Source: Dicyema japonicum (taxonomy: Eukaryota > Animalia > Dicyemida). From it: a DNA stretch of 64,000 nt. The stretch is taken from positions 1,415,067-1,479,066 of the forward strand of contig RDEW01000004.1 of NCBI GenBank assembly GCA_011109175.1. The letters run 5' to 3'. A program made the translations under genes and the position numbers. The number at the start of each line of letters is the position of its first letter. The first letter of the stretch is position 1. Positions 13,281 to 26,052 of this stretch are shown here, in pieces. The notes beneath the pieces were generated by a model. The model ran no database searches. It saw only the letters and a list, made by a program, of their open reading frames with translations, and was not told the DNA's origin.

Positions 13281-13897
13281 ATTCTGCCCGCTTCAGAGTT
13301 CAAGATTTCATTAATTGGCTGGAATGTTTAAATCAAACCTTTAAAGATATAACATGGTGGGAAAATTGTAATAAAATATAGAAGATAAAATTTATAAAAA
13401 TAGCTAACAAAGATAATCATAATAAATTTGCGGAAATTTTAATTCAAAAAAATAATCACTTAAAGGGATACACCCAATACTGCATGATTATTCTTTTTGG
13501 ACGCTGGAGGAAATACGTTAGAATAATCAGTAATGCTATGAAAGTCACCTAAAGAGCTGAGGTTATACTTCTTAGATGTCCCTAGAAGAAGGAAGGAAAT
13601 CAAAGAGTTTTTTTTGTTTTTGTTTATGAAAATTTTTTTTTTCAACTTGTTAATTTAACAGAATAACAAATTGTTTTGCATTTTTGATATAGCTGTTTCT
13701 GTTTGCAAACATTGTGTACTCTGTTTTCTGATGGGTCCTAATTTCACTCTTTCGTTTCCAATGACTTCAGTAATTATATGATACGCTAAATTAGTTTTAT
13801 TGAATTTAAATGTGCTAATAATTAAATTGTGGCAAATGGCGATATAAAAGATCATTATATTCATTAGCAATTAGAAATAGGTTAGATTGAAACGACA

Positions 13898-14337
13898 ATG
13901 CAGAAAAATCGAACTAGGTTGAACAAATTAAAAGAGGATGAAATTAAGATCGCGAAGGATAAAACTCAATTAGAACAAGCAATTAATAAAATTGACGAGG
14001 ATAGAAATAACATCATGTCGAAATATGTTAAACAAATTAGAAGAATACAACTCGAATTGGAAAACAACAAATTCCAAAATATAGTTGAAAGTCGTAAAAT
14101 GTTTAGTTATTTTGATATTATAGATGTTCAGTTCAAAATGACCCTGAGTTCTATTTGAACCATAAATATTATATTGATATGAAATTTAAGCAAATATTAA
14201 AGAATTCGGGGAATAAAAATTTTGATAAAAATGTGCATATTTATCCAAATATTTTAAAGGATCTTGAGCATGATAAAACGAAAAGTTCAGTTCATATTGC
14301 TAGGTCAATGATGTCGAAACATCGAAACAAAAATTAA
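13898..14337 (+). CDS. Orphan small coiled-coil protein, paralog A (2 exons, intron 14101-14123)
   Basis: Two ORFs join through a 23-nt phase-2 GT-AG intron; the product is similar to the gene at 19506-19961. Confidence 0.6.
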
Positions 14338-14479
14338 ATACATCAAAATAGCTTTTTAATTACTTATAACCAAAAATCAACCAAAATTAAGTAATTGATA
14401 CATTCGCTAATGATTATTAAGTACATAATTCTTTTTTTCTCAATGATTATTTGTTTTAGTTGTCTTACTTTTTACTTTA

Positions 14480-15250
14480 TAATTCAAAGAAATAGTTATA
14501 TTCGTAGATATTTTTCAGGATAGGGCGATTTCCAATTTTCCATTACCCAGAGAGATATTTTCGTACTTTGTTATCACATCTTCAACTAGAGGTGCGAAGA
14601 AATCTGCATGTCAAAAATTACTCCAAAAATCTTGAGATATTCTGAAAAGAATTATGTCGTTGTTTGATTTTAATACAAATGTCTCTTTTCCAGTTTCTAT
14701 AATATTTAAGCACTACCGCGTTGCCATAAGCACGTAAGATGGCTAGGGTTTCGCTCAGGCAGAACACACACTTTATTTAAGTAAAGAACAGTTATTATAA
14801 ATAATCGCAGAGGGAGAACCAAGGAATGCTCTTCACTTTTTTGTTTTTTTTCTTGTGTGTATGTCCTTTTGACTATCCAGTTCCGCAGTGAAACTCCACT
14901 GATGACGGCGTCACTCGTCAATCCCTTTCCGCATCGTAGATGCGTGGAATCTTTCCACCAGGTGAACAACAGCGAGAATCGAACCCGTGACCAAAGCCAC
15001 TTTAGCCCGACACCTAACCACTATGCCACCCGGCTTTCCAGTCTCCTGTCTGATTTAAAGAGTTGTGGCGGACTTTCGATTACTGGTCTGCAAGCACTTC
15101 TTCAATAACCATTTTGTTAAGAACGTTCAGTTTTCGTTGCAATCTTAAAGTTGCAGTCCGGACGTCCCTATCGCATGAGGCTATTGACAATGTCTTCACG
15201 TTAGTGAGAAGAATATCATTTTCTGTTTCTGGTTACGAGGTCGGCTATGA
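14480..15250 (-). mobile_element. Vingi-like LINE RT remnant split by a SINE1 insertion
   Basis: LFIADL..SIASCDRDVRTATLRLQRKLNVL on one side and IFGVIFDMQ..VEDVITK on the other; TTCCAGT flanks the SINE on both sides. Confidence 0.55.
14707..15035 (-). mobile_element. tRNA-derived SINE family 1, tail type B (RTE-B 3' end)
   Basis: A box TGGCATAGTGG and B box GGTTCGATTC. The tail GCGAAACCCTAGCCATCTTACGTGCTTATGGCAACGCGGTAGTGCT matches the LINE end at 46370-46415. Confidence 0.9.
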
Positions 15251-15811
15251 ATAGATTCAATAAAAAGATAAAATTTTAAATATTAATCATTTTTTTCAAC
15301 CCCACTTAATCCAGTATGACTAAAACAATCTCTCAGATCACAGGACTACCAATAAGGGCAACCCATTTGAGGTCCTTGTGAGGAGGTCGGGCGGCATATT
15401 CACCCAAAATGGAAAACTGTCAGAAGAAAGGGGTTATCGAAAATGTATCGGTTCCCGAGAGCAACACTGGGAGAAGATGATGATATTACTGAGAGAAGCA
15501 TAGATAACCTGATGGCCTTTTTTCACTAATTAGAGTGTTACCTGATGATTTTTAGCTTATTAATAATAATAATTAATCATCTTATTGAATGTTAATTTGA
15601 TTCATCTTATCAAAGCTAACGATTATTTAATTACATTATATTTAGGTGAATAATTCTGATAAAGACACAATAAGGAACATGTACAAAGATTGTTGATCAG
15701 AAGATCCATTTTATCAAAAACTTAAACTTCTACATATTTATATCCCCATTATCTTTAAGTGAAAGAAACTGATGGCTAACAAAAAATAATTCCCAAAAGT
15801 AAATCATTGAC

Positions 15812-16145
15812 ATTCTTGACAGAATGAAACGTCTGATGACATCGGATCTGACAGTCGTAGGTTCGAATCCGAAAGGTGGACTTTTTAGTGAAAGTGAATC
15901 CTTGTCAAACAGATCTCGCCCGTGAGGAGACGAGTCTTTCTGGCACGAAACAGCTGTTGAAAGGGATTTTCCTGAGTGGTGTCCGCGAAGGTAAGACATC
16001 CAATGGAAATAGAAGAGTGTTGACCTACTTCTCTACCTCTCTTGGGAAGCGGAAATCTGTAATGGACTATTGGAGGATGGATTTTGTCGTCACAGAAAGA
16101 TGTTCTCCCTTGGATGACTTCTTTGGATTAAGTAGTTATAACAAC
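15812..16145 (+). mobile_element. tRNA-derived SINE family 2
   Basis: CGTCTGATGACATCGGATCTGA..GGTTCGAATCC head, with a body collinear with 3440-3870. Confidence 0.7.
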
Positions 16146-17095
16146 TAATTAAGTATATCCAGTTTCCACTGTAACAGAAACGGAGTCCTTCCAACGTCAA
16201 ACAAGTCCGTCTAGAACCAGCATAAATTTGACACCACATGGCTTCGATTATTGTTTTAGAATATCTGGTTGGGTTGCTACTTAGATGGATATTCGAAGTT
16301 GATATGAAAAAAAAATATAATAAAAATGTTTTAAATATAATAAATTTTTAAATCGGTTAGCTAAATTGTGGAAGATTGATCAATGGTTTCAGGAGGAGAT
16401 CAAAGATCCAGGACACGTATTTAAAGCTGGGGGAAAAGTCCTGAAAAAATTTTAAAAGGAGCAAGGTGTGGAGTCCAGGTCTTATAGAAGGACTCAGATG
16501 TAATACCTCCAGAAAACTTCTTAACTCTTTTGTTAAATAATCGTTATTATTCGAAATTAAAAAAATACGGGAAAATAATTTAAATATTCTATATCGATCA
16601 AATGTGACATTTGTCAGATTACAAATGACAGGTGATGGTAACCAGTCCAGCATGTCACATTTCTATTAGGTAATCCTGGGATCTTTCAGTAACTTCCTGA
16701 TATTCGTTTAGTGTTTCTTTCGGATCCCATGGATTTAATTTCATTTCATTAATCTTATCAAAAATCATGGTAAATTTATTCATGTCTGTCCCGAATAAAT
16801 TGTGTCTGCAATTGGTATGTATGAGACTTTAATAAAAGGTAATAGTTTGCGTATAGCCTTTGAGATATCGGTATTTTGAAATGTATGTTCTTTAAAAATT
16901 AAAAAGGGGTTCGTTTTATATGTCTGATTTGATGTTGATTCTGATGTCAAAGAAATAAGCATTTTAATTGATGTTAATTTGCTGGTATTACTTCACTTTG
17001 AATGGATTTTGTACTCAATCGTCATCAAATTTATCCCGAAAATATTTTGCAATGTCATCCAAGATTACCAAATGATCTTTAATTTTCGTTGACCC

Positions 17096-17111
17096 AGGTT
17101 GGGAACCACTG
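17096..17111. mobile_element. Solitary hAT terminal inverted repeat
   Basis: AGGTTGGGAACCACTG is the reverse complement of the CAGTGGTTCCCAACCT TIR at 32315; no partner end was found. Confidence 0.55.
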
Positions 17112-17267
17112 CTTTAGTGGTTAATTGATCGGAAATTGAGGTGGTGACGTGTTTCTATTGCACGTTTATGACTGATTAATATTTTTATTTTTTTCCTCAA
17201 GCATGACGAAGTTTTTAAACGATTTTTTTCGTCTTTCAAGATCTTTATATTTTTACTTGTTGATAAT

Positions 17268-18135
17268 ATGTTATGTTATGTTATCCAATTAAGTCGTGTC
17301 CGACCCTTGGAGATCTCATGAACGAGATTCCTCCACTCTCCCCGATCCGTTGCAGTTTGGAGTAGCCTTGATATAAGCATTCCCGTGACGTCTTTCATCG
17401 TGGATACCCACCGAGTCTTCGGTCGACCAGGTCTTCTCTTCCCAGTAATATTGCTCAGCATAATGGTTCTTTCCAGGGAGTCAGAGCGGACAACATGCCC
17501 AAAGAACGCCAATCTGTGTTTTACGATTTTTCCTTCTAGCGAAATGTCCGTCTCCACCCGTTTGAGTACATCGGTGTTTGTTATTTTGGAAGTCCAAGGG
17601 ATTCTTAGTAACCTCCTCCAGCACTAAAGTTCAAAAACATCAATTTTTCGTCTATCCGCCTTTTTCAGTATCCATGATTCTGCGCCGTATAGAAAAACCG
17701 GGAACACGATTGCATTAACCAGTCTGCATTTGGTCCTTAAGCAAATATCTTTGCTTTTCCAAATTCTATTCATTCTCTGGAAGGCGTCTCGTCCCCATGG
17801 CAATTCGCCTCTTGATTTCCAAGCCTCCGTCACAATTCCGATTAATTAGACATCCCAGAAAGACAACATTATCGCAACTCTCTTTTTTCTCATTTCCAAT
17901 TTTTAGTTCCATTATTCCACTATTAGCAGTCGTCATAATTTTGGTCTTCTTGATATTTAGCAATAAACCAAAGACGGCGCTCTCTTATCTAAATCTTAGA
18001 ATCAACTCCCTGAGGCCATCCTCTGTTCCAGCCAGTAAGGTTGTATCGTCAGCATAGCGCAAATTATTGATGTTCCTGCCTCCAATTCTAATCAAGTTAT
18101 TCGATGCAGTATCCAATTTAGTCATGATCATTTCG
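17268..18135 (-). mobile_element. RTE (BovB-like) LINE, 5'-truncated
   Basis: NNLRYADDTTLLA, NIKKTKIM, FPVFLYGAESW and RLAFFGHVVR..GRPKTRW; (ATAAC)n tail near 17270. Confidence 0.9.
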
Positions 18136-18294
18136 GCATAGGAGATACTAAAAAAAACTTGCTGACAAAAAAAACCTAAAAGATATTTTAAAAATCCTCT
18201 CATATAAGCCGACAAAGTTTTCGAAAATCATATAAAACTATAACATAAAAACAATTAGATATTTGAAAACGTTAAGAGAAAAACAATGACAATC

Positions 18295-18385
18295 AAGGAC
18301 ACACACCCAAGAAAAAAAACAAGTGTGTGTTCTGCACGAGCGAACCTAGGCATCTTACGTGCTTATGGCAACGGTAGTGCATAAA
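18295..18385 (+). mobile_element. Internally deleted SINE1 3' remnant with tail type B
   Basis: AAGGACACACACCCAAG..AAGTGTGTGTTCTGC..GCGAACCTAGGCATCTTACGTGCTTATGGCAACGGTAGTGC. Confidence 0.75.
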
Positions 18386-19505
18386 AAATCAACTTTCAAC
18401 TTTTAACTTTAACAACTTTATTAGCAAGGAAAAGTTAAAGAGGGAGTTATTTGGCCTCATGCCGTAAGTCCTGCAAACTCTTGGACTCTTCTCTGCGCTC
18501 TCAGACCCCTCTTATCATTTATTCTGTGCTGCAACATACGAGTCAATGATGGCATCTCTTTTTAGGAGTTTTCCATCAGGCTGTGTGGTCGATTAGTCTA
18601 ATATAAAAAAGTGCTTGTTGGGTATGGAAACAAAAAAATAAATAAAAAATCAACTAGTTGCTTCACAATACTATGTATGAAGCAACTATTATTTGATCTC
18701 AAAATTTCTAATTATTTTATATCGCCTATTTGATTTTAAGTCATATTATAATATTAACATATAAACCACCACGAAAGTCTGAGGAATTCGATCAGAGCAT
18801 CTATCTTTAAACCAATAATTATTACTTAACGAGCTCATCAACTGTGGTTCGGAGTCATCTTGTACTTTTCCGTGATATAATCTTCGAGCTTGATAGAGTG
18901 GACGGGAAGAGATCAAATGGAATAACAATTTTCACATCGAAGATCTTTCATATGCGATGTGACTTGGAGAAAATTAAAGAAATGTTGGAGATGATTTTCA
19001 TTTCGTTTTAATTTCCTTCGAAACCCCTGAATAATTGTAAAGGAGTCATCAACAAAATTGGAAACGAAATTCAGCTCGGCTCAGAGATCCACGTGAATGG
19101 ATTTCACAGCGCCTGATAATGCCCATCGTCCACGTCAATGCCTGCTGTCTCCTGATTTGTTACTAAAATTTTTGTTTAGGGTTTGAAATATTAATGATAA
19201 TAAAGAATAGTGATATTAAGACGCGTATTACTGTACTGATTGGCACCTTAATATGCAATAATTTATCAAATCGTGGTCTACAATCGGTCATAATTAGAAT
19301 TTTCAAAAAAGGGAATCTCGAAATTAGGCTAGACTAGAAATTCACTTAACTCAGATAAATCAATACCAACAACATAAATAGTTCCGCCAATATAGAAATC
19401 TAAATGCATGAGATTAGAAATAGACATATTGCGGTAAATTGCGTTTTCTATTTGAATAAATATAATTGAAAGTTAATCGCAATAAATTAATTTTTGACAG
19501 CAAGA

Positions 19506-19961
19506 ATGTTTCAGAGTCGAATGAAATCATATAAATTAAGAGAAGATGAAAATCAAATAAGAAAAAATTCAAAACAATTGCAAAATGCATTGGATAAACT
19601 TTACGAAGAAAAAAATAAGAAAAAAGAAACATTAAACAAAGAAATCCGTCAATTAAGGTTTGAAATAGCGCAATATAAATTGAATACAAAATATCAGGAC
19701 AGAAGCAAGTCTACGTTTTATTGTTATTAATATTATAGAGAAGTTACTCCAAGAGATTATTTATTTCATCCAAATAATAAGAAATTTATTGATATTAAAT
19801 GTCAGCAAATATTGAATAATTCCAATACTTATGGGGATTATAGAAAGACGAGTGCTCCAATTTTAATTTTTCCGAAATTAGAGAAAGTTACCAAAACCAA
19901 GACAAAGCAAACACATCACAAAATCTCAAATAACTCACTATATTTACATGATTCTAAATAA
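19506..19961 (+). CDS. Orphan small coiled-coil protein, paralog B (2 exons, intron 19709-19738)
   Basis: A 30-nt phase-2 GT-AG intron joins two open frames. KLREDENQIRKNSKQLQNALDKL..FIDIKCQQILNNS aligns with paralog A KLKEDEIKIAKDKTQLEQAINKI..YIDMKFKQILKNS. Confidence 0.6.
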
Positions 19962-20905
19962 CTGACAAATCTTTATGATTTTGTTTTTTGATTAAAATTT
20001 TAAGAAATAAAATATATTTTAATTGTGATAGTTTTGTCAACTTTACTATATCACGGGACAGTTTGCTTACAAATTAGTTATTCTGACGATAGTTGCCTGG
20101 TGACACAATATCATGCATTGATATTTTTATCCTTTTATTTATGACCTAAATTTTATACCCCGTCTATTCAGTGTGAACAATAAATGACTAACTTTTTTGA
20201 TAAATGATTCTAAATAATTTCTATAATAAAATCTATAAGTCAGTTAAATACACTCCCGCATTACCCATAAACATATGATTACATAAAGTTTCACTTGCCC
20301 ATGCTTTTACTATCCGTTCTAGCAGTTTTTTCCTCTTCGCATAAATCTATAAAATTAGTCATTGAATTTAACTAAATCAGTTAATTGATCTTTCTTCGTA
20401 AAAAATTAATAATTGATTAAATTTTATTTTAAACTTAAAACTTCTTAATATAATCAATTTCCAGACTGTAAAGTCGTCGCAGCTCTTTTACATCGAAAAG
20501 ATAGACGAACAGTCGAGTTAAAAATAAACAACGCCATTTTGGGTCTATTTCCTCCGCTGGCTACTTGGTGTAATGGTTTCTCGTCCTTTGCTCAGTTATT
20601 CACTTTTTGTTTCCTCGTTAGCGCATCGTCATATAAACCACCTGTCTCAGAAAGTGGCGACTAAATAAAAAAGAATCATATGATTTCTCCCCACTTCATG
20701 GATCATTTCTCAAAGGGGTTCCTAAAAATGCTTTTTAATATACTTTTGTGTGCTTGGAAGGACTCAACTCTGCGACAGTAGGATTATTAGGTAAAATCAA
20801 CTGTAAGAATTGGATGCACTTAATTAGTTAACTTCTTTTTCGATGTATCTGAAAAAAATAATTCTAGCAAAATGACTGGAATACAAACATCTTTACAAGA
20901 AAAGG

Positions 20906-22570
20906 TCAAAACAAACTAATATATTTTATTCGGTGGTCAGCTGGAAAATACAAAAGTGCTTTATGAGTGTCAGTAAAAGACGGAATCGCTATTAAATCAA
21001 CAGATAACTCATTTTCGGGATCTAAAAGTAAAATATCTGAAAAATACAATAAATATGTTTTAGTCCGAATTGATGAACTGCATTCCCAGTAAACAAAACA
21101 TGAGGTAATTCATCAATTATGAACGGATCAGAGTCCTCAAAAGGAAACGTTGCTGCATAATTAAATTTAAACAAACTCAATGTATCCGGGGTTGTGGGCG
21201 CCAAATGGCCACATTTTAGCGACATTTCAAGACAGTCAAGTTCACCGATAGAGTCGTCCACATTTTTAATCATATCTTGAACAATCTGTCCGGAACTTCC
21301 AACAAAACTACAATAAGTAATACAAAACTGAATATTATTCAAACAGAAATCTGAAGGATTCGACAAAAGGTGAAAATTTGGAGATCGTGTACTTTTGGGG
21401 AAAAAATACGGCTTTATTGGAGCTTGGGGCAACATGATATTGGAAATGTCGTTGATTCCAGGCATTACTATAACAGGAAATGTGATCTACAATGATCAGA
21501 ATAAAAAAATACTGAAATTTCGGCAAACCAACAATCAAGAGATTCGATAACATTATGGGCTTCTAAATTCCGTTTGTTCAACTTAGAATCCTTAAAATCA
21601 AATTTAAAAAAGCTACAATCATAGCTGTTTTATTGTATGTGTTGCCCAAAATAAATTCGTTTCTTTGAAAAAATTCCTCACTTAATGAGTTTCCGACGAC
21701 AACAACCGCTTCGATCATAGAAACAAATGAATCTTGAGTAGCTTTTCCTCCGAGGAAGCCGCTCAGAATATCAAAAAGATTTCTAATGGGACCAGTAACC
21801 CCATTTTCTCCAAGAGCCAGATTTGACAAAAATAAAATGCATCTAAGATATTTAAAATAATTAACTTTTTATTTTCAGGTAGTTGAAATCTCGTTCGAAA
21901 TTTGCTCAAATTGGGGGATATAAACTGATGATCTATTACATTGAAGATTCCTTTATTATTTTCTATTCCACGGACGGCAATACAGACTCCTTAATTTTTA
22001 CATATAATAAAATCAAAAGACAGTAAAAAATTACTGACCTATGAATTTTAGAATCAAATATGATAATTATTAAATTATTTTTATATTAAAAATATATTGA
22101 AAATATTTTTTAATTTTTAAAAATTAAACGTTGATTACCTGTGGGCAAAAAGTTGGGATTAATTCCATCGAGTAAAATGCGTTGAGATTCATCCTCTAAT
22201 ATCAGTTTATCGCTAGGACTGCACAGACTCTTCCGTTCATTCGTGTTAGTGTCAACTTTAATTAAACTCATCTAATATATAAATCGGAAATATACAGATT
22301 TTGTCAGCTCATTAATTATGTTGCTTTTTAGCTCCATTTCTTTATAAACACATCCTAATATTACACACTCTTGTTCAGGAACAACGCTGCATAGATTCCT
22401 TACTGGAACTCCTTTGTAAGACGCTAACGGGTTTTAGTAATAAAAATACGATTTTTCATGTAACGGATTTTTGCTTCTTTAAGTCTTTGATTGCAAAAAT
22501 GAAAGTATTGTGCTTCATATGTTTTTTCATTCGGCTTAAACCGATCACAATTATTTACAAATTTAACCAT
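20906..22570 (-). CDS. POLD2: DNA polymerase delta subunit 2
   Basis: QYFHFCNQRL..ECVILGCVYKEM..DKLILEDESQRI, AVVVVGNSL, MLPQAPI, SSGQIVQD..LAPTTPDTL..FPFEDSDPFIIDELPHVLFTGN and IAIPSFTDT; short GT-AG introns throughout. Confidence 0.95.
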
Positions 22571-22764
22571 AACAGTTAAAGACAAACAATTTTTTTAATT
22601 TGAATTTTATTTTAAAATAATTAAATAATTTAAAAAAAAAGTTACTAGACTGTAAGCCAGGAGGCGCAGTGTCATATATGTCCGACAAAATCCAGCATTT
22701 AGATTCTATTTATTAGCCCACATATACGGGAAAAAGGTCCAATTGCGTCTTCAATGCAGCAGGT

Positions 22765-22880
22765 CCAACCTCAGGACGTGTCCAAAAAGTCTCCAACGAG
22801 AGCTAATGATCTCGAGACTTATTGGTGTACAGTCACACATATTGTACAGTCCATTCTGCAAGATCTTGGAAGAGCCCTTT
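22765..22880 (-). mobile_element. Short RTE LINE fragment
   Basis: Close match to roughly 870-975 (..GATCATTAGCTCTCGTTGGAGACTTTTTGGACACGTCCTGAGGTTGGACC). Confidence 0.8.
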
Positions 22881-25800
22881 GAGTTTCATTTATATTATCA
22901 TTTAATATTAATTGTAAGTTTTATGATTCTAAAATTAAGGCATTAAAAATGTAAATGCGATATAAATCTAAAAATATACATATAAAAACAATATACCGTT
23001 AAAGATTCTGGTGTATGGTTCTTGTTTAATTATCAATTTCATTATCTTTTTGCCTTTGTATATTTTTCTGCCTCAGTTGGATTTTTTACTAATTTTTTTA
23101 GCTTTTTGTATGCTCTGTGAATATTTTTTGAGTCTTTAAATAACTAATCCAGAATAGTTATTTCGACAAGGACTCCAGATATGATCTGACTTATGGCCAA
23201 GAAGATGATGATCTGGAGACTTGTCTATCTTAAGAAATCTCGCTGGTATTCCTTCAGGAGATTCATGATTTGCGTGGGGAGTTTAGCGTTTTTGTCCGAT
23301 TATGGCATCGTAATAAAACTTGTACTATCGACTCGGTATCACCTCAAAATTGCTGTCATGATAGCGAAAGTTGTGGTTCCACATCGCAGAACCGTATTCG
23401 ATACTCAGTAAAACGTATTGTTCGTATAGAAGTTTCCAGAAAATTTTTGGGAGACTAAATCAAATACTCTATATTTAATAAGACCAAAAAAGTTATTTCG
23501 TGTTGGTTTAGAAAAATTAAGGCTGTCATGTACAAAAAGAATTTTTCTAACGTAATAATAATAACAATAATAATGGAGTAGGTGTTTTAGAACGGTTTTT
23601 TTGATTTTTTTGTTTTGGCTTGAAACTTTCTGCAGATTTTTTTAATTTAATTCTAATTTTTTTCACTGATATAAACTGACTGTCTAAGTCTTTTAATTTA
23701 TTTCTCATCTGTATAAAGTCTGTGTTTCTGCGTTAATAGGATGTGAAGGACGTTGGGGTCGACCCATCGAATTAATTTTTTGAGTGCTCGGGTATTATCT
23801 CTTTGAGGTGCCTAAGAAAAATTTATGTTTGTAGGTCTTCCGGAAAATATGTTGTTCAAATTGTTAGTTAGTTGCCTCAGTAACCCTTGCCTCATTAAGT
23901 TGTAGGAAATCAGTGGCTATTAAGTATGACTCAGCAAATGCCGGTCGCTCTCATAGATCGATCAACTTTGGCATTGCAGACGAACAGCGTACAAGTTCAG
24001 GAAATTTAAAAAAAGTGATTGGCTGTCAACTCGGCGATGTTGAAAAAGAATAAAGGATATTTTTTACATCAATGTTTCTTAACCTTTTTTTCTGTTTTGC
24101 CTCCTATAAAAACTATAGATAGTAATTCTATAATTAATTATTATTTTTTTATGAAAAATTTGTTATTGAGACCCTTTACTTTGGTGAAGGTTCACCAGAT
24201 GCTCTATATTTGGGATTCTTTTACTAAGAGCAACTCTGATGTCCCTTTTTTCGCAGATACTAAAATTATTCCGCTTCTCACTTATTATATTGTTAATTAG
24301 ACTAAATCCTTTCTCGATGCAACACGATGCTGGAAACATAACAATATATATTAAAAAACTACAACAACCCTGTCACCAAGTAAGAGTAATGTTTCCATTA
24401 GTTAACTTCAGTTGAGGCAAAACTCTCGCTTTATTTGAGAAACATTTCCTTTCAAATCGTCAGGGGAAATTCGTTCTCAATTATGAGACAGGCAGTAGTT
24501 GTTAATTGTTAGCTATTAAATTTATTTTTTAAGAAGTAATAACAGTCATGCTAATTAATCCAAGGAAATTAACCCAAGGCATAGAAAATGTTCTTGGCTT
24601 ATTGTTCTTTTCTTTTTTGCTTACGTGAGTCTCACTATTTCTGGAGCCGTAGTTTGATAATATTAGACGCCCAAAAGTGAGAAATTGATTCTTTTTTTAA
24701 ATTGAATTTCAAACTCTTCGTCATTTTTTCAGTTGCTGTATTTCCTTTTCCGTATCAAACCAGGATGATAACGAGGAATTTGTCATCTATCTGCAATATT
24801 CCAATTAATTAATGTTGTATTATTTGTACCTCACATATGCTATGAAAACTGGTTGATTATCAAATACGACTGATTAATTAATTTGTAGTTGGAATTTTGT
24901 TTTTCTAAAAGAAATAATTAAGGAATGTTCGAGATTTTCAGACATCTCGTCAGTTCTTTTTCGCATTATATCGTTACTAAATGGAATATTTATAATAATT
25001 CAAGATTCCCTTTCAGAATATGTTTTATAAACTATTCTATACAGGGAAGTATAACTATCTCAGAAATCAAATGAGGATTACCTATATATATTAAAATAAA
25101 AAAACCATATTTATATGAATACATAATACATAAGCCCTTAATGAATTATTTTTATCAATTTGTTATAGTTTCGCTTTAGACATCTAAAAAATTCAATATC
25201 GTTTACTAGTGAGATTCCATCAAAATGTTGCATGCTTTATTATTTAAATTATTTAAAATATTTTTTTTGTAAATATATCATAATTAAAAAATCCGTAATT
25301 AAAAATTCGTCCCTCTTTGAGAAACAATGTTTTACATCATCCGTTTACGTACGTATGTCTGTAGAGAGGGAAAGTACCCACATCGTAGACGAGACAGGTT
25401 TACCCGGATGTCTTTCGGAAGAAGGGGTCCTGATTAACTGATTGGAGGAAGGGCAAGTTGGAGTATTTTAATATAATCGAGTCTTTGGATGTTTCTTGTT
25501 GAAACAAAATCATTTATCTGTTTCTCTGGTTGTTCAAAAAGATTTGAAGATTTGCCAGATGCTAGTGAGAGGTTAATAATGGTCTTCGTGTAGGAATTAA
25601 CTTTCGTTTTTTGGAATTCTCAGGATAATTGAAAATCAATTAAGTTAACTAAATTTAAATTCCCAACATTTTTTGATAAAAAAGTACTTGAGTTTTGATT
25701 TAAATTTATTTTTTGTAATTGAGGAATAAGCGGGAAATCGTTTCATTTCCATAAGAAGCTGTGTCGTCTGACTACGCTTAAAAGCCACGACGTACGTGAG

Positions 25801-26052
25801 ACCCAGTAGTATCTCAAGTTGATCTCCGCCATCGTAAGATAACGCTACGTCAATTATGTTTGAGGTACTATTTCATTAGTTTTGGTTAACAAAATAAATT
25901 GTATTTTTTCATAATTCGGTCATATTGATTTATTAACAGACGCGTCTTTTAATCAATGAAGCATCGATTTTAATGCGGTTTGTACGCCTAATTATTATAA
26001 TCGCCGCTTTGGAACACTTTTGTTTATTGACTCATATCTTCATTTTGAGAGA

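Noticed and set aside
15831-15875. CTGATGA...GAAA in the SINE2 head looks like a hammerhead ribozyme core
   Set aside because: The bases next to CTGATGA and GAAA do not close stem II, and no stem I/III with a cleavage triplet is present. The segment is explained by a tRNA anticodon and T arm.
18750-19420. Faint BTB/KCTD-like words on the minus strand (FYIGGTIY, IDVDDGHYQAL)
   Set aside because: No consistent spliced open frame could be assembled, and stops interrupt the candidate exons.
20250-20700. KLLERIVKAWASE resembling the GINS4/Sld5 N-terminus
   Set aside because: There is too little room before the convergent gene ending at 19961, and no further Sld5 motifs follow.
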